This document shows, one piece after another, positions 23,271 through 35,040 of a stretch of DNA of 64,000 bases. The position numbers and the translations under genes are program-made. Under the pieces are notes generated by a model that ran no database searches, was not told the origin of the DNA, and saw only the letters and a list, made by a program, of their open reading frames with translations. The stretch covers positions 682,001 through 746,000 of the forward strand of contig NW_026250422.1 in the NCBI RefSeq assembly GCF_024521635.1, written 5' to 3'. Numbering within the stretch: position 1 is the stretch's first letter; each line of letters opens with the position of its first letter. The DNA is from Tricharina praecox (taxonomy: Eukaryota).

Positions 23271-26200
23271 ATGTCGTCTGGAGCCCCTAGTGCGTTTACA
23301 AGGCGTCCGACCGTTGGAGACTCGTTGCATCCTAAGAAGGTGCTCGACATGCACGATAGAGATTCGATGTGGAGCAACGGTGCTGTGGTGTGCGACAAGT
23401 GGCTGAAACACGGTGAGTCAACATCCCTGATGCGATCACCATACTTCTACTAAACCAAACTCGCTCAATAGGCAAATGCTCTCGCGCGAGGTGTCGTTAT
23501 GAACATAGGCCCCTCCACCCCAACGAGAAGCCACCTTTGTGCGCTGATCACTTCAAGAGGAGAGGTGCGTTTGGCCCCGATGAATTCCTACCCATCGGGT
23601 CTCCGCTATTCTGTTCTCCGCTTATCTGTTTGACCCTGCAGATCCCTGTGGCCGCGGAGATCAGTGTCCTTTGATGCACAATATGACGGGTGTTGGGAAT
23701 TCCGATGGTAGAATTTCACCTGTTTCTTTCGAGAACGATGCTGCTGCTGCCGGTAGGAGTGTCCAACCAAGGAGGAGTGAGAATGAGAATATCCGTGCTC
23801 CGGCACCCATATCGCAGAATGGAGATACGGAAACCATCATTTCGAAAAAGGACAGACCCGACCTTCCGCTTTATCAGCCTCCGCCTAGGCGCGATTCGCA
23901 TATGGAGACGACTGATGGCCCACGAAGCCCCGGTTGGGAATATGTCGGACGTACCACGCTCAGTGCTTCGTTTGAAGCAAGGCCAACTGCTTGGCACCCG
24001 AGTGGCAGGGCCCAGCGCGATTGGGGTAGAGGCTCCACGACTGCTAGCCAGGCCTCGATCTTTGGAGGACTTCCGTATGCAGTCCAGGCTGGACTCAATC
24101 AAGAAGTCTTTACACAGCCCCGTGGTTTTGTTGCGGGACCGCATCGAACTGGCTTCGCACCAGACTTCATTCCAAAGTGCATATCCGGCGCGCTGATCCC
24201 AGACAGAACAACACCCGGGCAGCTTGACAACCGCTCTTCACATCACGTTGGGGCATCGTATGAACCCTGTTCACCGCCGGGGTTGTCCGGAGGTGTTCCG
24301 CTATACCCAACTTCGAATCCCAAGACCGACAGTGGCAAAGACGCTGGAAAAAGCTTAATGCTGATTACCAAGCTCGCGAACGAAGTTAACGACGAGAACC
24401 TGTCATGCAAAGACACTGAGCATGAAGATGCATTCTACCACCAAATTCACCTGGTAGAATTAATCGTGGGTGCTCCGTTCCCTTTTCCCATGCTTCGTGA
24501 CTAACAGTATCGTGACTAACAGTGTGGACAGCACACCCGCACTTCTGGCTTGAAACCCCTCCCACGTGCCTTGCATGAACGGGCCCCTTTTCTAGACGTT
24601 CAACCGAAGTTGCTCGAACAGCAGACCATCATGCCAGAAGTCACCATTGAACATGAGCCCACTAGTGGCGCCAACGATCCTTCGAAGGCTATCGGTCTAC
24701 AGATCACGCCGTCGAAGACTCAACCCAAATTGGACAAACAACCAGATGTCGTTCCAACGGTTGTTGTTGCGCATGTTGTCACGAATGGGGTCTCTAGGGC
24801 TATCGGGGAAGTTTTGCCGCACAAAGCAGACGAACAGCCAGCAGACGAACAGCCGGCAGCCGTTCCAGAAGTCGCTATGGCGGACAAAGTTTCCGGAGGT
24901 ACCAGTGGAGGAACTTCGTCGTCCGAATCGAACAAACAGCCGCCCATTACCCCACAGGTCGCTGTTACCAATGATCTCCCGATAGATATCACCCTACAGA
25001 CCACCCAGCTTTCGGATGACGTGCCACGGGCTATCGGCATACCCGAGTGGGAGATTCAACGGTGCTTCAACTGCTTCCACGAAGGACACAATTATCACGA
25101 TTGCCGCATGCCCAGGTTGGACGTTCTCACGAGAGAAAAAATTCGCGACGAGCAAGGCGTGATTAACCGTAGATGGACGCAGGATTTGTTGACGTTGCAT
25201 CGTCACAATATTCCTTCAGCAGTTATTACAAAACATCGCGGCTATTCAAGGCTCTGGGAGCCGTACACCTCGGCTACAACTGGACGATATATCACGCCTA
25301 GTGCAGCTTTCTTTTCCCAGCGAGCGACGAACATCAACAACCAGGCGGAGAAAAAATCAACCTGCAACAAAGGTGTCCAGACTGACTACGCCGTCTACGA
25401 CCAGGGCGTTCGGGTTCGTCGACGCTCATCGAGAAACAAGAAACACCGTAAGAAGGCGGAAGAGAATAAGGCGGAGGAGAACACGGTGGAGGAGAACAAG
25501 GTGGAATCCTCACCTATTACACCGGAAAAGGAGACGGAAACATGTTGGCTGTGCAAAGGGCGTCACCTCGGGTCTGCATGCAAGGCAACGTCGCCTGACA
25601 GCGATCCCGCTGACTGGGAGGACACTAAGTGGATGCCTAACACCAATGACTTGCCCCAGCTCCCGAAAAAGCACGCTTTGGGGCGCCAAATCAGCCCGAA
25701 GCCAATCAAGTCATTGAAATCGAAGAAAGGCTCGAAGCCCTCCTTGGTCAAGTCGGCGCTTGTCGACTCCAAAACCACAACCTACAAGGTCGAGAGGTCC
25801 GCGAAAGACGGTTTTCGGGAGTCTGGTGATAATGACGCTCCCTACGAGGAGACAGTATTGGACCGTGATGATCTTACAGGGCTGGTGAAGTTGGACAAGG
25901 AGCGCAAGTCGAAAAGGAGGAGCTCTAATAGTGGCCAGTCCAGCTCCGTTGGCAGCGCAACCTTTCAATCTTCTTATTTGTGCCGGTGCCCCAACGAGCT
26001 CTTAGAGTCCATCTTCGCATACGCCGCCGATGGCGACGCATATACCGAGGACAAGAAGATCAAGGACATCGTTACCGGAAACAAATGGGACATTGAAGAG
26101 GGCGTCCAAGACACCTGGAGAAGGGCAAGAAACCTTGCGGGAGTTGTGAAATCCTGCCGACAGCTGCGACTTGTTGCTCAACGTGTCATCTACAGGGTCA

Positions 26201-27339
26201 TCTGCATCAAGAGCTACATTCCTCTGCGTGGCCTTGCTCGCACACTGACTGCGGATCCGGAGCTGGGACAGATGGTGCAAGTGCTCAAAATCCATCTGGA
26301 ACAGACGACAATCAGTTACAAGAATCGCGGCGTGTACAGACACGAAATGGTCAACAACGTTCATGTCACGACTACGGATTACGCCAGTTTCTTTGTGAGA
26401 ATCGTCGAGAGCTGCCGTAACCTTCAAATCCTCTCGACCAAGTTGTATGGGAGCGCTTTGGGATTCGGAGCCTTATTGGGAAGATTCCGTCACATGAGGG
26501 AAATCGTCATCTCCGATGAGACGAGTTGTGGGCAGGTTCTCAATAAGATGTGGAATCACCTGATCAATTTCCCGAAGCTGAACAAGTTCAAGATCGTTCA
26601 TTCGCCCATGAACGACTCAGTGGACTTTACCCCGCTCGAGATCCCATTTCACATGGCGGAGAGAGGCCTCGATTACGGTTTCCGGGCACTGAGTAACCTC
26701 CAACTCGAAAATGCCCCTGAAGTCTCGGATGCGTTACTCGTTTTCCTGGTGCGCCGATTCTACGTTCTCAGTAAGCTCGCTATCGTGAACTGCAAGCTCG
26801 TGACATCCGCTGGTATGTGCCCTGCCCCCAGGCTGTTGAATGAAGTTGTAAATGCTAATTTACGCAGGCATCGCGCGTGTCCTCGGCGAGATCCCGAACA
26901 AACTCTGCCACCTGATCTTCTGGGTCTGGCTCGACCGCACTGGCCGTGCCAGCTCGCGCGAAGCTCTCCCTTCAAAATATCACCTGTGCGATGCCCTGCG
27001 CGAGCATGGGACGTCTCTAATGACCATGAACTTGAAACCGCATAAAGTGTGTGAGGATCTATGGAAGGAGTCGCACTTCAATCACCTCCAGAGGATTGTG
27101 ATCGATATGGCGCAGTTCTCTCATTGCTACAAGCAGACGATCGCCAGAGGTGAAACCGACAAACACGAAGGTTTTTTCGAGGATGCCTACAAGCTGGCCT
27201 GCTCTGAAGACCGACTGCCGTGCATGGACGAGAGCCGTTTGTCCATCAGACTTCGTGAGTTAATCCTCCAACATCCATCCGACGCATGTATACTAATCAT
27301 CATCATCTTACAGACACCAATGGACTTTCCTATCACTAA
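23271..27339 (+). CDS. ~1250-aa protein: 2 CCCH zinc fingers, 2 CCHC-type knuckles, F-box and LRR/RNI-like C-terminus
   Basis: Exons 23271-23412, 23472-23564, 23642-24465, 24532-26812, 26868-27254 and 27314-27339 splice in frame (3753 nt). Motifs: CDKWLKHG|KCSRARCRYEH, CADHFKRR|DPCGRGDQCPLMH, CFNCFHEGHNYHDC, CWLCKGRHLGSAC, YLCRCPNELLESIFAY...LAGVVKSCRQLRLVAQRVIY, and LxxLxI repeats (CRNLQIL, FPKLNKFKI, LSNLQLENAPEVSD, LSKLAIVNCKLVT). Confidence 0.8.
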
Positions 27340-28311
27340 TGGCATTTGCTACAAGTGGTTTACTCACTGACGAGATGCATCTTCCCTTTGTTTTAATGCT
27401 TCGCGGCGCTCTGGAGTCACACAAAACGTCATTTCTGCAATTTCAAAGGGGGATTTCTCATCGTCAGCGACCAGACAAGCGGGAGATATGATTTGATGAG
27501 CTTTTACTACGTTGTCTTTTCCTAATACATTTGTTCGGAGTTCTGTGTCCCCTTTTCGACTTGTTTCAGTTTTTCCTTCTCTTTCATGGGAGGATTTTTC
27601 GCTGGTTAGGCTTTATCTAAAAAAATCGGAGGGGTTTCTTCGTTGTTGCTTTTCTCTCTGGTTTCTTTGCGAATGGTCGGTGTGGTTTGGCACCGGTGTG
27701 GGATGGGAAGTGAAGGGGTTTTTTTTATCCTCCCATGATCTTAATTTCACTGCTCAATTGTCCGTGTCATTCCCGTTGGCTCGACTGTCCCTCGGTGGTT
27801 GGATAGCTCGATTGTTAGACCTGGGGATGCATACGATGGGAAGGGTACGCCTGGTAAGAGTTCTAGTTCTCCACATAAATATCGATTTGTTTTTGTCACG
27901 GAATCTTGCGATCGTTGATGAGCCAGAGGCACCCTCCCGGATAGACTCAATCAGTGTACTTCTTATAGTTTCTACCCCATTAGATAGGTCCCACGGAGAG
28001 AGAATATCAATTGTTCCGCATACAGACTTTCTAGACTATGGCGAACAAAATACCACAGGGTTTTTGTTCTTCGACCCAGGCACGGGCTCTCATGCGTGAT
28101 GATCAATGATGCGACGCCGGGTCATCCAACAAAGAATACTGCCCTTCTTCGTATCCCCGTCCATCCCCTTCACGTCACACAAGACACCTCTCCAACTACG
28201 GTACGCAACCAAACAAGCAAGCAAAGTTACCGCAGAGAACAACACCTTACCAGCACTACCACCAGCACCAGCACCAGCAGCCTTCGATTTCTCACCAGCT
28301 CCACACAAAAC

Positions 28312-29457
28312 ATGCAACGCCACACGCCGGTATCACCACCAATCCACCATCCCGTACCGCAACGACCTGTGCAAGTGCCCGTCATGCAATCCCCCCCTCC
28401 ACCTCCACACTCGTCGGATCCATACGACAACCCCTACGGCGGCGGCGGAGCTCAGCAATACCCCCAGCAGGGGAATGCTTACCCGCAGTTTGGCGGGTTC
28501 GGCGGCGCGGCTGCGCCCGCTTTCTTCGCAGACCCTATGACTGCACAGATGGGCTTCAATGTGGCCCGCGCGGCCATGTCGGGCGGCACGGATTTGGCGG
28601 AGAAGAACGTATGTGCATAGCTCGAGGGATGGATGGGGATAGATGGAGACGGAGGGCGGAAGCTGACGGGAACGTATACGACAGATATCCCGCTACCTCT
28701 CCTCGCTAAAACCGTACTTCGCCGTCACCAACATCTACGTGATCCGCAAGCTGCACATCCTGGTGAACCCATGGCGACACGGGATGTGGTCACGGCAGTC
28801 CACCGCGCGCGCGTCGGCGCAGCGGCCGGGTGAGGCGGAGTCGATCTACCTCCCGCCGCGCGAGGACCTCAACGCGCCGGACATGTACATCCCTTTGATG
28901 TCGTTCGTGACGTACATCCTGCTATCGGCGCTGCTGTACGGGCTGTCGGGGACGTTCCACCCAGAGCTGCTGGGGTACACTGCGAGTACCGCGCTGGGCG
29001 CGGTGATCTTCGAGCTCGTCGGACTGAAGCTCGGGTGCTACCTCCTCAATATCAGTAACTCCCAGATGCTCGATCTCGTCGCATACAGTGGATATAAGTT
29101 CGTCGGCATCATCATCTCGATCCTCGCCACGAGCTTGTTAGGCCGTGGCTGGCTCTCCTGGATCGTCTTTGCCTACTGCTACTCGGCGCAGGCGTTTTTC
29201 TTGGTACCCCCCCTCTTCCCCCACACTCCCCCATGCTTTCCGCCCATGCTAACAAGTGACAGCTCCGGAGCTTGAAATACGTGCTTCTCCCAGACGCGGA
29301 CGGGCACGCCGACGCAACTAACGTGTACTCGACGAACGCGCCGCGGATGCAGCGGAAACGGCGCATGTGGTTCCTGTTCGGCTACTCGTACCTAGTGCAG
29401 TTCCTGTTCATGCTCACGTTGACCTCCGGAGTGGGGAAGGCGAAGGTCAAGGTTTGA
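28312..29457 (+). CDS. YIF1: Yif1/Hrf1 ER-Golgi membrane protein (2 introns)
   Basis: DPMTAQMGF, LKPYFAVTNIYVIRKL..P, YLPPREDLNAPDMYIPLMSFVTYILL, LDLVAYSGYKFVGII and AFFL|LRSLKYVLLP. Confidence 0.95.
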
Positions 29458-29857
29458 TGCGTGAATTTTCGAGGGATTGCGGGCGTGGATTGGTTGTTTA
29501 AGCTGCGAGGGAGGGGTGCATTGGAGGTGATTTACTATGTATATGCATACGCTTTGTCGTCTCACTTGTAGGGTGGGGGGACACGCAATAATAAACTGCC
29601 CGTTTCTGCTACTGCTGCTGTGCGAACTGCGAACTGGAGAAATACGTTTTCGTTTCGTTGCCATTATTACGTCCAGCCATCCAGCCATCCATCCACCATT
29701 TATCTCATGCACATGATGTAGTATAGTATACATTCCCCGTTGCAATCGCCATCGCCATCGTGTAAACAATGAATCCAACCCCAATGATTTTCAAAGAAAA
29801 AACAAAGCAACAAAAAAAACTCCGAAAAACGCCCCTCCACCACCACCACCTATCACT

Positions 29858-32227
29858 CTACCGCTGCTGCACCTCAACACTCGGTTGAGCGCCCAGGACC
29901 CACCCAAGCCCACCAACAAGCCCCCTAGTAACCATCCCACTGACCACATCCCTCTTGCGCTCCCTCTCCTGGCCCTCCTTCGGGGGCGCCGTGATCCCGC
30001 CACCCACACCCGAACTAAACACCCTCGCAGCGCCCTTCGCAACCTCAAACAGACTCTGGGGTGTCTCGCCATCACGGGCGATACTCATCCTGCGTTGCGC
30101 GACGCTTCCTCCAAGGCGCGCATGCTCCTCCTCCGCCAGCTCCTCGGCCTGCATCAGCACCTCGATATCGTCCTCATTCCTGCGCCAGGAGGCTAGTACA
30201 TCGCCCAGGGCCTCGGGGGGGCAGTAGGCGAGTGCCCAGGCCAGGAGCTCGCGCTTCTTCTCGAGGTTGGCGAGGGCGGCGGGGCCGCGCGGGGTCGTGC
30301 CCGAGAGGAGAGCGTACGGCGACTGGAAGCGCCCCGCGAGGAGCGCGGTCCGCCATAGTGTGCTGCGCGCGGCTTCGTTGCGCGATGTGGCCGCTGGCAG
30401 CAGCCGCGACGTGATGTATGCGTACGCGCTCTCGAAGTCGTCTTCGTCCAGTGCGGCTTCCGCGCACATTCCGAGGACGCGCGGCGATGCGGCTAGCGTG
30501 TCGGCTTCGCTGCCGCCGGTGCCGTGCACGAGGTCGGAGCCGATCTGGAGGAGCGCGTCTGGGTGCTGGTAGGAGCGCGTGTTCGAGGAGAGGAGCTTGG
30601 ATAGGAGCGAGAGCGGGTCTGGGTGGATGCGGATTTGGACGGGGATGAGGGGCGTGGTGCGGTTGGTACTGGGCATGGTATAGTTGCTCAAGCTGTGGAC
30701 GGCGTTTATTAGGCTGTTCGCCCGGGAGAGCGTGGGGGAGTTGGAGGCGTGTGGGTAGATAGTTTTGATACTGGTGTTTGTTAGCTACCATGGCATATAC
30801 AGTCAGAGGAAGAGAGGGACATACGCTTGAAGAGCATTCTTCATGCCACCTCGAGTCTTATTCCCATTGGTAGCATTATCGACGAAATCGTTGAATGCTG
30901 CCAAAACACACTTCTCTACCTCGTCGAGTGAGATATCTGTGGTGTGGTTGCTGGTAACATAAACATCTCTCACCAGGCCAAACCTCATTCCCGCCAGCAT
31001 GCCCGCGAGGACAACCCTCTCGACCTCCTCCGCCTCGAGCCTCCCCAGCACCTGCGCCTTACTCCGCAACCACCTCGCCCCATCCCGGACTCTCCCCCAC
31101 GCCTCATCGTCGCGCTTACTCCACTCCGTCCCCGGCCTCACGAACTGTCTAAGCACAGCACTCTGCACCTCCCTACTCCCCTCCAACCTCAGCTTCACCG
31201 CCTCGGCCAGCGGCCTTCCCAGCATCGCCGCCGCAGTGATGCCCACATCCAGCAGCCCCAGCGCAGCAAACAGCGGATTCCCGGCATCACCCAGATCGCC
31301 CAGCACCTCAGGCACGTGCGCATCTCCGCCGCCCCCCAGCGCCACCACCCTCCGCTGCACGGCCCTCATCCCCTCCCACACGCCCGCCCCCGTCTCCATA
31401 CAGCGATAACACACGCCGACGGCCCAGGTCACAAACTCCGCTCGCACAGCACGCTCCTCCGGCGGCGGCGTCCACTCCCTCACCACCGCCACAATCCGTG
31501 CAAACGGCAGGGCGCTGAGGCGCGCCCACACGGCATCCCACCCCCCACCCTCGCGCACGCACAGATACGGCACCACGAGCGCTTCCAGGTCGCGCGGGAC
31601 GGTGGAGGGGTCGGCGATCAGGACTTCGAGCGCGTCCTCGACGGGGAGCGTGCGGAACGTGGTGAGCGAGGGGACGGGCTCTCGCGAGAAGGTGTACACC
31701 AGCGTGCTGAGGACGGCGACGTCAGTGGCCAGCGCGGCGATGCTGGGGAGCCCGGGCCGGGCGGTGTAGTGCGCGAGCAGCTCGGCGATCAGTGAGAGGA
31801 GCCCGGTTTCGGCGTCGATCCGTTCGGATCGCTGGATCAGGAAGGCGGTGAGCTTGTCTGAGGCTGAGGAGCCGGCTTGTAGCAGTGGTGCTGGGAGGAG
31901 CTGCGATAGCTTCCGCTCGCAGCGGGAGGAGCTGAGGTTCTCGACCGATGTGGTGTCGATGCTGGGGGTATCGGCGTCCACCGCCGGGGGCTCAAGAGGG
32001 GTTCCGTCGACTACGGCATCGAGGATGGGCGTATACGTGTCCGGTGGAGTTGTCTCGGGAAGACACAGTAGGATGCGGAGGAGCGTCTCATTGTTTGCAC
32101 TTGTAAGGAAAACCTTCGGGTGTGCAGCAATCAGGACCCGTAAGCGTGGTAGATCGGCGGCTGACACTAGGTAAACCGCAAGAAGCGTCGCCTGGGACGG
32201 TGTGAGTGCTTCTATCGGTGGTGGCAT
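29858..32227 (-). CDS. SEC39: Sec39, Dsl1 tethering complex subunit (intron 30771-30824)
   Basis: LLRILLCLPETTPP.TY, IDAETGLLSL, FVDNATNGNKTRGGMKNA, PVQIRIHPDPLSLLSKLL, CAEAALDEDDFESAY, WRTALLAGR and RKRDVVSGMVTRGLVGGLGWVLGA match fungal Sec39. Confidence 0.9.
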
Positions 32228-32535
32228 GTCTCGTTAAGTGATGGTGGTTTATGGGAGCTGGTGAGAGCTATGGCGTCGATAGTTGGAAACGAATGGCCAA
32301 CGTGGAACTTTTGGAGCTCTCTGCGGCTTAAAATGCGCCCAACGTCATCCATTGAAGCATCAATCATCACTCGATATTTAGGCACATAAGTCGAAAGTCT
32401 CAGAAAGGCAACCTTCTAGGTCATCATATTTCAGATCTATGAGTGGAAATGGATACCACAATTCGCCAACGCAACCTAAATCAAAACCCCAAATCAAGGC
32501 GAACTTTTTACCTCCGTCCAGCAAAAAAGAAAAAA

Positions 32536-35040
32536 TTACATCCTGTCCACAGGGACGAGTCCTAGTAGCGTCATACCGTTGTGCAGTACGATGCGAGCAC
32601 TCTCGTACAGCGCGAGCCTAGCGAACTTGACATCGTCCTCACTACTGATAACGTGCAACACCGAGTAGCTGCTGCTCAACAGATGCGTCATCTTGAACAG
32701 GTAGGTGACCACAGTTGTCGGCTCGAGGGTCTTGAGTGTCTGCTGCAACACATCGGGATACTGCGCCAGGCAGCGGACGAGGTTGGTGGCGTGCGGCTCT
32801 GTCAGTAGTGACAGGTCCGCCTTCTCAATCTTTTCGATCGGCACATTGGCTTTGCGCGTGATGCTGCAGAGACGGGTGTGTGCGTATTGAAGGTACGGGC
32901 CCGTGTCGCCCTCAAATGAGGTCATGCGGTCCATGTCGAATGTGTAGTTGTTGATCCTGCTGTCATTAGCTGTGTACCGAGCGGCAGGAGTGGAGTGGGG
33001 AGTACCGTTTGCCAGACATGTCCTGGATCATGACACCAGTTCGGCCGACGGTGCTAGCAATGTACTCGGGGTCCTCGACCTGCGAGTATTTGTCCTCGTT
33101 CTTGCGCATGACATCGTGCATCCTCTCCTTGGCCTCCTGCAGGATATCGTCCAAGAACACAACAGTTCCCTTACGAGTGCTCATGCCCAGCACCATTCCG
33201 AAGTTGATGTGCTGGCACTTCTTAGCCCACTCGAAGCCGAGGAGGTCAAGGATCTTGAAGAGCTGCTGCAGGTGGAGATCCTGCTGTGTGGCAACAACAT
33301 AGATCATCTTGTCGAACTTGTACTTCTCGTAGCGCTCCATAGCTGCGCCGATATCACGGGTGAGGTAGAGCGAAGTACCGTCCTTCTTCTGCACGATGGC
33401 CTTGCCCAGCTTTTTCGCGCCGTGCTTGAGGAAGTCGACGATCAGAGCACCATCGGACTCCTCCGACACCTTCTTCTCCTTCATCAACTTGCTGACAGTG
33501 TCCATGGCCTCCTTCGAGACCTGGGATTCACCGGAGTAGACATCGTACTTGATGTTTAGACGGGCGTAGGTGTCCTTGTACTTCTCAATACTGAGGTCAC
33601 GGAACCGCCCCCACAAGGCGACGGCCGCCTCGTCTCCAGCCTCCATACTTGCAAAGAATGCTCGTGCCTCGTCGTCGGTAGGTCCGTTGTACGTCTTTTT
33701 CCCCCCAAAGCTTAGCCCATGTCCTCTTGCACGCGCATTCTACTTGACGAACAACCAAGTGAGCGTCCAAAGGCTTGGATATACCTGTTTCACGCCAGCG
33801 GCCTCTGCTTTCGCCTTCTCGACCTCCTTCTCCGCTTCGATCACTTTGTTGATCGCGACATAGACATCGTACAGGTGGTGGATAGGGTCCTCGACGAGCT
33901 TCTGCTCGTCACCGAACCGCTTGAAACCGACACTGAGGATACCTGCAATACGGTTCAGCGACACATCTTCCGCCCCGCGGTACGGGATATAAAACCAAAC
34001 TGCTTTCCCCAATCTCCGAGGTAGTTCATGCGGATGACATCCCAACCACAGATCTCGTGCAAGTTGGCCAAGAATCCTCCGATGATGGTACTCCTCAGAT
34101 GACCAGCGTGGAAGGGCTTCGCAATGTTGGGGCTCGAGAACTCGACAATGACCCGCTTTCCCTTTCCGCTGTTGATGGGTCCGTAGTTCTCTTTCCTGTT
34201 TAGGATCGATGAGAGGACAACGTTGTTGAGAACACTGTTCTTGAAGTAGAAGCGCAAGAACGTTCCATCGGCCTTCGGGCGCTCAAGGTAGGGGCTTTCT
34301 GGGAACTACATGCAACCAGTCGAGTCAGCCGGCCGCCCTTCCCCGCCCTCCTCCCCTCCACGAAGGACCGCCAGTGAATGTAAAACCTTCTCGGCCCATT
34401 CCTTCGCCAACTCATCCGGCTTGCGGCCCTTGATCCTCAGTCGGGGCGCAGCAACAATGAGATCGCCCTTGTCCAAAGTCTGTGTCCACTCGAGAGCGGG
34501 ATAGACCAGGTTGATATCGACACCGGTGATCGGGGCCAGGTGGTGGGCAATGATGCACCTGTAGATATCGACGGGATTCGTGGTAGGGTTGGATTCGGGA
34601 AAGACGGGAATCTCCTCGGAGATGCTGAGGGACTGCAGGCGCTTGTGCAGCGACTCCAGCGACGGGATCGGCGGGAACTCCTTGGGGACGTGCTGGGCAG
34701 CGGCGGTATCGTCGTTTGTCGCCATGATTACGAACCGGGGATGAAGAGATGTCGCGGGAAGTGAGGTTTGAGTTGCGAAGAGTCTGCGTTGTTGTTGCGG
34801 TGGTGTTTGCGGCAGTAGTGTTGTTTGCAGCAGCGATGGAGGGGTTGTGGCTCTTCCGATGGTGGGGTAAGGCTTGGGTTTATTCCACCCCCGGGTGTGA
34901 CTGAGTCGGTGAATGGACTGTTTCAACGTCACCTGTAGTGTGACTGTTGGTCTCCGGGTCACGACACGATTCCGGCCCAATAAGAAGACTATTGTGGAGC
35001 CTAACTGTCGACTCGATCCGAGGGAACTGCTACCGGGCAT
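32536..35040 (-). CDS. Arginyl-tRNA synthetase (class I); cytosolic start ATG 34725, in-frame upstream ATG 35040 adds a probable mitochondrial presequence; 4 introns
   Basis: HIGH-like [74 protein letters not shown], and the terminus [10 protein letters not shown]. Confidence 0.96.

Noticed and set aside
25063..25104. CCHC knuckle as evidence of a retrotransposon Gag
   Set aside because: No LTRs, protease, RT or integrase nearby, and the knuckle sits in a spliced cellular gene. Ancient capture from Gag cannot be excluded.
27512..28099. 195-aa hydrophobic ORF downstream of the F-box gene
   Set aside because: TTG start; the Phe/Leu/Ser richness simply reflects a U-rich 3' UTR.
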